From Obrimoposthia wandeli (lineage: Eukaryota): DNA of 64,000 nt. Below are positions 21,401 through 33,400 of this stretch, in pieces. The position numbers were made by a program, and so were the translations under genes. Numbering within the stretch: the stretch's first letter is position 1; every line of letters begins with the position of its first letter. The DNA is taken from positions 62,001 through 126,000 of the forward strand of contig CDROCS010003966.1 of NCBI GenBank assembly GCA_977020255.1, given 5' to 3'. A model generated the notes under the pieces. It was given only the letters and a program-made list of their open reading frames with translations, was not told where the DNA came from and did not search any database.

Positions 21401-24400
21401 AAAAAGTACATACGATCTTGAGTTGATCTGAAGTTCTTGTTTGCCTCTTTTCCATATCCCCATCCATTTCGTGCCTGAACATGGACGGTGTAGTTTGTGT
21501 ACGGATCGATATTTAAATCATTGCCAGTCACGGTCAAACTGGTCGATGTTGATGTGTATGTGGCTCCAACTGCAGTGGGACATCCCGGAGTATTGATCGT
21601 ATTGCCATTGTCACCCACGGTCTACAATACGATAATCACGATACAGCACACCACCACCCACCTTGTCAGAGCAGTCAGAACACGTCACATTCCACACTCT
21701 GATGCAGCTGCTGCCATCACGACTCCTCAGCACCACCAGATACTGAGACACCGCTCCATTGGGAGAAGAGGGTGCACTCCAGTCTACAGACACACTCGCT
21801 CCAGGAAATGAACTGGTGACACTCGTGATCGATGTTCCATTACTTTCTGGAATATTTTAACTTAGTTTTACTTTTATAGTTTATGTCAAGAACAAATAAG
21901 AACAGTAACCGACATTTAGATTGAAACCACATTTATCGTACAGTCGTGAGATTCAACTTGAACAATCAGCATAATGGGAAATTCCCTTTTATAATCCTAT
22001 AAAATTCTTTGTCTACATCCCAAATTTGAGGCAATTCCCCCTCCTCTATTTGTGTGAAGCTATGACAACGAGATAAATAGATGCCAACACAGTAATCCAT
22101 AAATTAACCAACACGGGTTCTCAAAATAGGGATATCCACAAAAGACGATCATCGACCAAGGAAGACAACTTCATTCGGAAATATTCAACTGTCTGTGCAC
22201 CACGCACTTAGTCAAGCACATCTCCACATCTAGCCATAATTCACGAAGCAACAGAAAAGTAGAAAAGTTACACGGAGTCAGCAAAAAATATATCTGATGC
22301 AGTTAAAATCCCAAAAACATAAACAAAACTTTGATAGATATACAAAACAAACCATACACAAAAGACAATCTCAGCCCATCACAAAAGAGTTTTAAAAATT
22401 ATAAACGTTTAAAATACCGATGTGAAAACGATACAACAATAACACACAGTCCAAATTCCCAAATTATCAAACAGAGCTACATAAATTAAAACACCTCAAG
22501 GTTCTGCAGCCTCAATATGAAGACACACACAACATAACATACAACTGCGACTCTAACAAAACACCAAGCTCAGTTATTAAACCATCGAAATATAAAAATA
22601 ATCGAAACAGAAAAGTGTGAGAACCCAGGAAAGATCCAATCGCTAAATCTCCACAACCAAAGAAAACAAGTCAGCCCCATCACAATGCTCTACGTGTGGA
22701 TAATTTCATCCTTTTCTCGCTACAAAAGATACAAAATTCAACAAAAGATTTGTCAAATAAACGATAACGAATCCCGATTGAAAATGAAATCACTCACCAA
22801 ACTCAAACCTCAAACTCTAAGTCCAAGCAAAGTCTGATGACACCAATCTCAATCCACAGATCCGCATCCCATCGAAATCATTAACATAAAGGTCACATTT
22901 CATTCTCGACTTATATATATATAAAATAGGTAAAATAAGAGAAGTAGAAAAGTATCATGATTTAGAAAAGGAAGAAAATTCACCTAGTAATATAGTAATA
23001 AAAAGTTTCAAACTGAACAATGATTGTGAAATGGTTTCTCATTTAGTAACGATGCACTACACCTCATAATAACCTTGAGCTCATAATAAGCATATAATCT
23101 CAAGTGATGAGTATAATAGAACAAATGACAAGAGCTGTCGATGACTTTGAGGTCCACTGTATACTTGTGAGAAATGTGACCTATTTTTGACCTTAGAAAA
23201 ATGACGTACTATAGTATGTTTTTGAAATTTGTGTGGATTAAAATTGATTCGTTTAAACCAAAACATATAAATTTAGAGAAAAATCGGTCTTAAACAGACG
23301 TACTATAGTATAAAGTGACCTACTTATGAGTTTGACCCTTAAAATCACGTGTACTCGCGAGAAATGTGACCTATTTTTGACATTGACCTTAGAAAAATGA
23401 CGTGCTATAGTATGTTTTTGAAATTTGCACAATTTTTTTGGTTTTCACTATGGGAGTGGCCGCAAGTGCTCACTTCCATCTACTATAATGGACATCTTCC
23501 GCATTGGACTATTTGGCATTCGTATTCTCCCTCTATTTCCCCCTGTTTATGATTGTAGAAGCGAAATAAAAATAATGAAGACAGCAGCAGCTGAATTTCA
23601 ACAATATCTGAACCAGACATAGCCACAATGATGACGTACTCGCAATCTCTACCTGAAATGTCAGACAACGACTCACACTGGATGCTTCATCTGGGTTAAG
23701 TTTCCATACAACATTCTGGACAATCATGACTCTGCAATGACCTTCTTTCATAACTGTGGATTTAACCAATTTTGTGACCGAATTGGCTCAGCTCCTGTAG
23801 CATGTTTCTCTGTTTCTCCCTCTTCCTCCTTCAGGTTCTCTTCAAACACTGTCGAAGATTCAGATCCACGTTCATTTGGATTTCAGTTTTCCAGACATTC
23901 CACCGCCATTTAAACGCATGAATACTCTGCCACTAAAGATTGACAGTTGACACAAATAGCCACGTGCTACAGCTGCAACACCGCATATGTGTGATTGTCT
24001 GTTTGTTGGATTGAAGAGGCTCGCCCAGTTCAACTCTCCCCATCAATAAGAACACTTGGAGATGTAGGATACCAAACAATATTGAATGGTGCCGTGGGAA
24101 AGCTGCTTGGTGCCGCTGACACAGTAATATTAACAAATAGTGGGACAACCACTAGAAATTTAACAAGGTTTGGATTTAAAGATATCCTCGATAAAATGTT
24201 CATATATAAACTTTCTTGGTTAAGGGGGGGGGGCTATTTTCTATATTATCCATATCGTATTTGCAAACATGGTACTACTGAGATTTTACTAACTTTTTCT
24301 TTTTAATATAATCTATAAAAAGTGCACATTCACTGTTCTACCTCGTGTGTTCTTCTTAAGGTTAAACAGTTTGCATGACATCGTTGATTTGTGTTAGTTG

Positions 24401-27400
24401 CTGATTTTATTTGACCGGAATTATACCACAGATCTTCTGCACTGGTTTGACAACGGCAATATTCATTTTGATAAGAGGTATACGGATCCCAGTTGTACTA
24501 ATTCCTCGCAAGGCCATTTCTTCTTAAGAAAATATACACAGTTCAGGTAGAATATTCCTCGATTTTGATTACATAACTCTCCTTTCACTATTCAAACTTG
24601 CACTTCTTCAGCCATTCAAATCTCCATGATAGGATGCCTCATGGAAACTGAATTAATACCTGCGTGACACAAACATTTTATTATTCCATATCTATATTCA
24701 TAGTGGTCGCTATTCTAACTTATTTTATTTAGTTTCTTTTTAACAAGCACCTTTTATCTGACAAGGACCTGAACTAAGTGTGATCACACACCCACCAATC
24801 ATTGCTCTCGTCTGCCACAATTGCTGACAAGCCAATTATCGATCCGTCTCACTAACCGTCGTGTGCTCTGCATTTATCGACTGAGATGCTTATCAATTTA
24901 TGCGCGAATTTATTAAGTAAAACATTAGAAACTTTCATTTTCAATTTGCATATTTGGATTGAAGGATTTTAGTCAGGGCAATACGCGTTTGTGGTTATTC
25001 AGATAGAAATATTTAGATCCGTTGGATTCCTCATACGAGCCTGTTCAAATAAAACATGAAAAAGTATAAGTATAATTTTAAAATTGTTATTAGTCGTGTC
25101 TTAAATAAACTGATTGGATTATTTATCAACAAAAATTGTTTACAATATAAAAATACTTTCTACATGCTTCAACTGTTTGACTTCCTATACAAGAATATGC
25201 AGATTATTACGGTTTCGATTATTGTGCTTTTTATTTAATACGGTTCATAATTAGTAAGATTTTTTATTTTGTTATATATTTTAAAATTTTTAAAGTTTGT
25301 TTAATTTTTTTATTATTTTAGAAATCCTTTTTTAAAAAATTAAATCAAAGATAAATTCTGAACACGCAGTTGAAAGCAATTATAAACGTAAGGTTAATGA
25401 TTTAGAAGAAGTAAAAAATCATAATTAATAAACATGATGCTGCTGCAACGAGAGCTAAGATAAGCAGAGACCATGCAATATGTGAATCGACTGTACGCCA
25501 CCTCATCAAACACTCGAAACAATATAAGGAACAAGGACAAAGTGCTTCAACTACAATTGGTTTTCAAGCGACAAGAAACAGGAGCATTCTTTTGATTGAC
25601 ATGGAACGTTTGTTATCAATATATATTGAAGTTTGTAACCAAAAGAAAATACCTTTAAATCAAATGAGGCTCATCTTCAGCTCTTCTTCACAAAATGATG
25701 TAGTCAAAATTTGTTTACTCCAGCAATATATGAACATTTTCACAGTCCTAAATTATGTTCACCTTTTCTTGAACCAAGTTCTAATGCGGATTCATTTTGT
25801 ATTTCGGCAAACCGCTGCTTACACCTCCAACGATCCGGATCTAAGCTGAGTGTCATTAGATGATTGCTGGAGCGTTTTCATTCCTCAGTAGATTATTTTA
25901 TAAGATTCATGTTTAAAACCAAATTGAACTACTAAGTTTTTGAATTTTGGCTGTCATGAAACAGAAAAGTACCAAAAAGCTTTAGAAAAGGCTGTGGCAG
26001 CTTTTTATGTAATTTTGCAAAATGTATTATAATTGGGCCATCTTTTGTACTTTTGGGAGTGTTCTGTGTTCCTCTTTATTTAACAGAAGATTCCTTTGCT
26101 TTTTAGAAGTATCTATCAATAACAAATCGCTTAAATGCTGAGGCTCTTTAAATAATAAGCATATGTGGATTAGCATAAGAAATTTATATTCTATCCGTGT
26201 CCTCATAGGAACCCATAGACGATTTATTAAATTGGATGTATCTGAATCAGTTTCCTTTTACCAGAAAATGAATCGTACTGAATTGTTGAGAATAGGTCGA
26301 ACACGATGAACTTGCGCGTTTGGAAGGTTTATGAGCATGACATCACAGTAATATAATCTAGCAGCATTAACCAAATGTCGCAACAAAATCCCGGCTCCTG
26401 TAGATAGATACTGACGAAATGCACCACGTTCTCAGTACATGGTTAATTTGGTTATGCTAAACTTTATTTTGTGAGCATTTTCATTTTTACTTAATTCTTG
26501 TATTATAAGAGCTAAAACTTTAAATTTATCTTTCAACTGTTTACATCAACACATTTTCAAAAGATTTATGAAAGGAATTCCTATGATTTCAATTTGTGTG
26601 GATGAAATCTGTAAATGGAAAATGAATTTTAAATGTCCTTATTCTTTTCCATTTTAGTATATTTACATGAATTATTTTTTAAAGGAGTTTTACAAATGTA
26701 ATAGGAGTATAAAGTTTTGATGGATTTCTAAACTTGGATAGGTAAACCGATTTCTTAGGGACCAAAACCGATTTCTGAACAGAGATAAAAGAGCATACTT
26801 TAATAAACGAGACGGCGTTGGATTAACTTTTTTATTCTGATGAAGATTTATCCTGTTTGGAGTAGTAAAATCGCTGACATCTCTTTCTTCAATCTTTCCC
26901 CAATACAACATTCCCCGTTGGAAAGCTCAAAGTTTTATCAGAGTGTTATCTGCATTGCTATCTTCAGTTCAAGGACAAAGAAGTTCCACTGCCCTTTGGA
27001 TTCATTTCTTGAATGTCTCTGTGGAATGGAGAGAGCTTGTCACACTTTAGGTGTATTAAGTCCCCTCATCCTTTGTTATCTCAGAGATGGGACTCAAGGT
27101 GGTTTCAAGCAGAAGATCAATTTCCCAAATGTTGGACTCTGCCAATCCCGGATTCGAACAAACCCCTAAAACTCTGAAATGGTGGGAGAAGCACAAAATG
27201 TATTGATAATGTATTTAAGCCCGTAAATAAAAGTGCAGATACAAAAGAGGACTCCCTGGCTGTAGTCAAACACTCGGTAGAGAATCGTGGACAAATGAGA
27301 AACCAGAGAAATGAGACCCCCTCAGATCGTCTAATCCGTGGATATCGCGATATCTTTGACAAATGTTGTTCATTACAAATTTATAGCGAACTCTTAGCAA

Positions 27401-30400
27401 AGAAGAAATATCGAAATTTTGAGCTAATAAGTGAGGTAAATGTAAAACCTTCGTCAATCTCGCAGTTTAGGGTTTCCAGTTTGACATTTCCCAACGTATC
27501 AAAATCGAGGAACACTCCCGCATGTCGATCAAAATATTAAACTAAATCTCAACTGTCACTGTTCCATTATTGGGAGGCACTCAGAGACGCTGGTGGAGGA
27601 CTTATCAAGTAGGTAGATGTGTTCAGTTCCGGTATAATAAACTTATGTTTTAGTTAATCCGCTTTTCCCTCCTCCACCATGATGACAATAAAGATTTTTG
27701 AAACTAGATTTGAAAAGAGATTAATTTTGCAACAATTTACATACGAAATGTGTCTTTCTACTTCCACTGGGACCAACTATTTGAAATACAGCATTATTAT
27801 TTAGCTCCATTGCATATACTCTTTCATTTTTTAATATTGTTGTTATTATCATAAGAGTTTCCTGATTGAAATGTACAATGTTAGAGCTATTGTAGATGAA
27901 ATACAAAAATTAATTAATGAATATTTGGCTATAATTCTATTTATTTGTGTACGATTTCTAAATTTTCGAATAACATGAGTAGGTGGAGGTGTCCAGTCTA
28001 ATCCACACCCCCTCCCCTTGTCCTTTAAAACCGTGCATGTGTGTGGAGTGAAATTTCACTCCACAAACATGCACGGTTTTAAAGGACAAGGGGGGGTCCC
28101 AAAACATTTTTTCGCGCGAAAGGCTCGGGACTCGTATATGTCACAGACTAGCTTGCGTGATGGGCGAATGTCTCGCTCTCATGTATATCACTAACTACCT
28201 CGGGTGATGGGCGTATGTCTCGCTCTCATGTATATCACTAACTAGCTTGGGTGATGAGTGAATGTCTCGCTCTGCTGTATATCACTAACTCCCTTGGACG
28301 ATGGGCGAATGTCTCGCTCTCATGTATATCACTAACTAGCTTGGGTGATGGGCGAATGTCTCGCTCTGCTGTATATCACTAACTACCTTGGGTGATGGAC
28401 AAATGTATCGCTCTGGTGTATATCACAGACTTCATTGGGTGTTGGGTGAAAGTCGATGGGTGAAAATCGACGGGTGGTGGGTGAAAGTCGATGGGTGTTG
28501 GACGGAAACACCCACCATCCACCACCCGCCACGTTGGGGCGGGCTCTATTCTCACGAAAATAACTACAAATACATGCGTTACAGTATCACTTTACCTCTC
28601 ACAACTACAAATGTAAACGACCCGTGTCATACCCAAGACCCTAACATACACCACCCGCCCCTTAGGGCTTCATTCTTGATCTCCAGGCACAAAAAAGATC
28701 GATCAGATCTATATAATTTAGAGGAGCAAAAACAAAATACGACAAAAAATTATTTTTCAAAATATTTATTAAACATAAAACAACATATTGGCTTCACTCA
28801 AACTCCAGAGAGGCTGCATTTTCCCCTCATCAGCAAAATATCCATTGAGACGTATTGAGATATTCCATAGTTCTTCATCTAGAATTGGAGCAATCAAATA
28901 TCCTAGATCATCTTTAAAATCCAGACTGGGATCAGTTTCAAACTCGAAACAATTTCCTTCATATACATAATCAGGAATGTAAAATCCCAAAATATTTTTC
29001 AATTGATCAATATCAGATGTTGTTAAAATTTCGATGATATATTTATTCTCCACTTTTGATATTTTCACAGGATTCATAACTCGTATAATTTGATGCCTCT
29101 TTAATATATTACATAGTTTTCCTTTTGAAATTCTTTCTGGATAATAAAAATTTGCTACACATCTCTTATTCATTCTAAAATAAGGAAACTGATTAAAAAC
29201 AATGTTTATAAAAATACACATAAGATACATATAAGATACAAATATTTAAAAAATAAAACTGATTATTAAATGAAAGAAACATAGTAAAACCGATTACAAT
29301 TTATTACACGCAAAAGTTAAAACATAGAAATATGAGCACGTTCAATTTTCCACATAGGCAAATTTCTTCCCATTTCATCTTTCTTGTAACCATAAAGTCG
29401 AATTGTTACAGTCCATTGCTTCTTTTTCGAAAACGCATCAATATCAACATATCTTCCATAGTCATCTAGAAATGCTTCATCGGGTCCTCGGATATAAAAT
29501 TCGTTCTTATTTAAAGTAAAATTCGGAACTGCCTTTTCAATTTTCTGTTTAAGATAATGAAAATCTGGTTTTTGAATATTTGATAGATAGTAGCTGAACT
29601 TTCTTCTTTCAATTGTCACAGGATTTACTAAAGCAATCAGTTGAGCCATCTTCAAGAATCTGACTTTGTATTTGAAATATTGTTTCACTTCTTCATACAT
29701 ATCCTTATCCGATTTTTCAAATATTTCCGAATCTTCGTCACCGTTTAATACCCGTTGGCTATCCTCCATCGTTGATAATTGTCTTTGATATGAATGCATT
29801 TACTATGATTTGTCCTACAATCGCGCATTCTTTTATACTAATTTCTAACAAAAACATGAATATCATTGGTTAATATAACAAAAGCATTGAATTTGATTGG
29901 ACTAAATATATCATACAATTATAATAGGTTTGCTAGATAATTACAAGAAACGTGCAATAAAAAAGCAGGTTCAGACATATATAAAGAAAATTTTACAGAA
30001 TACAATTTTAGTCTAATGAAACTCGTAAATATAAATTATAAAGGTAAAACAGAAGATGATGTTTCATACTTACCATTCAATGAATGGAAGCCAAGACAAT
30101 ATGTGGAAAAGTTTGACAATTTTACAGTTGTTATTTTTTTTACAGGTTAGTTTTTTTATTTCCATATTGAATTATTTTAGGAAATTGTCGTGTTATGGGA
30201 TGCAAAATACCAATGCTTGGGTTCAATCCACCATTTGGAATTCAAATCACTGCAATACAATCAATCACGATTTCAGCTAATTTTGGGAAACAGATAAATC
30301 TTTTTAAAACTGCAAAGAAAATGAAAGAAGAATGCATATTTAAACCAGAAATTTTCCTGCTCTCAGTTATTTGAAGTTTAAACCGCTATGTGTAAATATA

Positions 30401-33400
30401 TTTTCCAGTGGTAAAGTTATGATATTGGGATTGAAAAATTTTGATTATCCAGACATTGTTGATTTGATTTTGGAAAATATATCTTATTACATCTTGTTAT
30501 CTTTTTCTATAAACAAACCCGTTTAAACTTATTGTTTCAATGAATAAATAGAGACAATGAAGTGGATCGGCTTGCCGACGAAATATTTTCTGGAAAAATT
30601 AGGGGTAAACAAATTTTATCAGAATTAAAAAATAATGATATAACAAGAGATAACATTGAAATATTGGTTAGATCACACGTTATTCGAGAATTTAGAAATC
30701 ATACACAAATAAATAAAATTATAGCCAAATATTCATTAATTAATTTTTGTATTTCATCTACAATAGCTCTAACATTGTACATTTCAATAAGGAAACTTCT
30801 ATGATAATATAAACAATATTACAAATGAAAGAGTATATGCAATGGAGCTAAATAATACTGTATTTCAAATTGTTGGCCCAAGTGGAAGTGGAAAGACACA
30901 TTTCGTCTGTAAATTGTTGCAAAATGAATCTCTTTTCAAATCTAGTTTCAAAAATATTTATTGGCATCATGGTGGAGGAGGGGAAAGCGGGTTAACCAAA
31001 ACAGAAGTTTGCAAGTTGAAGGGTATAAAATTTATTGAAGGATTTGATGCAAATTGGTGTGAAAGATTGAAAAAAGAAGATGTAATAATAATTGATGATT
31101 TGTATGAGGAGGCTAACAAGGAATCGGACTTTAATAATATATTTACAAAGATTGCAAGACATCGTGAAGTAACAGTTATATTTATCACTCAAAATCTGTT
31201 TCACCAAGGAGGTCACCATAGAACAAGAAATCTTAATGTACATTACTTAGTTTTATTTAAAAATCCTAGAGATCAAACAGTTGTTGATTTCGTGGCCAGA
31301 CAGGCATTTCCCCAAAATAAGAACTTTCTAGTTGATTCATTCCACGATGCTGCTAAACAAGCACATGGGTATATATTTATTGACTTTACACAAGTGGGTC
31401 TTTGAGATTGAATTTCTTTGAACAACCCAAATATTTAATTCCCGGTGTTAATGTACATCTTCGTTTGAAACGTAATAAATGGAATTTTTCTTTGATAAGC
31501 ACAGACGTTCCAAAACCTAGACTTTATATTTTGGATGCAAAATTGTATGTCCGAAGAGTTAAAACCGAGCAATCAGTTTTAATGGCACATAATATAGGAA
31601 TGGAAAAAAACAATGCTTGTTATCCTATTAGAGAAACTAAACTTATATCCTACTCTTTAGGTACGGGTACACAAGCTTTTAATAAGGATCAAATTTTTGG
31701 TGATGTAAGATTACCGAAATTCAATTGAATTTCTTTTCAAAAAACTGCAAAGTATCTACTAAATTATACGACAGATGCAACTCAATTTGACAATCTTAAT
31801 GTAGGTTCAGTTTCACTTTCAAGAAATACTGATTATCGTGAAACATATAAAACAGATTTCGAAGGTAACGCTTATGCTTTGGCTTATACGCAATCTATTA
31901 TTCGGAATTTGGGCCAACTAGATAAAAATATAAACAATGGTATTTCTTTCACTGAGTTTAAAAGCAGCTGCCCGTTCTTCACATTCGTTTTGGCATCAGA
32001 CTTTGATATAAACCAATGCCAACTACCAAAGGATGGAAATTTACGACTAGAAATTAAGTTCAATGCAGCTTTAACAAATCCTACTACGGTGCTTATTTAC
32101 GGAGTGTTTGATTCCGAAATACAAATCAATAAAAACATAACTGTCATATTATAGAATGAAGTAAAACATTTTTTAAATTTATATTTATTAATTTTTATTT
32201 AGTTCAGTACAAGTACAAGAATCAGCAGAGAAGGTCTTGGGTGATAAATTCAATGGAGTTTATCCTATTGATATGATTCCATTTTTTCAATCTGGAGGAT
32301 ACATTATCAATACTCATACTTAGAATTTACCAGGAGAAGATTGGATAGCTATTTATGTTAGAGAGTGGACCATACATGTATCCACACAAACGTGTTTCAA
32401 CTATTCAAAAAGAACGAAGAAGAGTATTTTTACAACAAGATCCTGCGACGAGAAACTGTGGACATTTATGTATTTTATGGTTATCGTTGCAAAATGATTA
32501 GTGTGTTATAAAAATAAAAATTTTAAATGTTTTATTTTGAATTATTTTTTTTAAATCCCTAATAATAATAAAAGACATAAGACGAATTTTTTTTTAATAC
32601 ATTTATTAAAAACAACATCACAATGAGGTCTGTCAGCAAAGATTAGGTCCATCCTAAAAAATGTTTTGAAATAACAATAAGTTAGAGTCTAGGTGCCATA
32701 GGGATCTAAAATTTTAAAAAACTAAACTAAAAAAATCAAAAAATCAAAACAGTTTAAATTCGGAAGTGTCCATAAGCCAGGCTAGCGTTCTTTTCTACCC
32801 AAAAGCGCTTGTCGTCATTACTACTCAAAGCGATTTTTGTTAATTTATGGGAATACAGTTGATGGGCTCTTGAAATAAATCTAGTTTGCTCAACGCTTTC
32901 AATACACCCAGTATCATAAACTTTCCGGTATGCCTCATGTGTAAGATTGTTTCTTCCCACACCCTTTGCTCTCATTGAACATGTATTATTAGATGCATGT
33001 AAACTGTAGCATTTATGGCGTAGGAAAATACAATCATCATATGAAACCTGTCCCTCGCTTTCATCCTTAAATTTCTTGATAATATCCTTTAAACTCATAG
33101 AGTGTAGAGGATGGTTAGCGGGATATTTATGGGTATCTAATAAGTTGTCCCTAAACATTGCTGGTAATAATTGATTATCTAAACTAACATTTTTACATTC
33201 TAAAAAGAAATAGTCAGTGTCCACAGCTGCGATTTTGATCTCACAATTGAATTCTCGTCGATATTTCTCCAATTCTATGTATTGAAGCTCATACATTCTG
33301 AGTTTAGAAATGTCTAAAACCGTTTGACCTATATAACTCGGTCGATCGAGACAAATACTCTGTTTTCCTAATAACACTGCTACCAAGTCATCTGCAATTG

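Noticed and set aside
22000-23000. A/C strand-biased tract suggestive of an old retroelement ORF
   Set aside because: No surviving protein motifs.
28130-28440. CRISPR-like array (also considered for 13493-13712 and 20305-21238)
   Set aside because: Units are contiguous, with no unique spacers and no cas genes, in a eukaryotic context.
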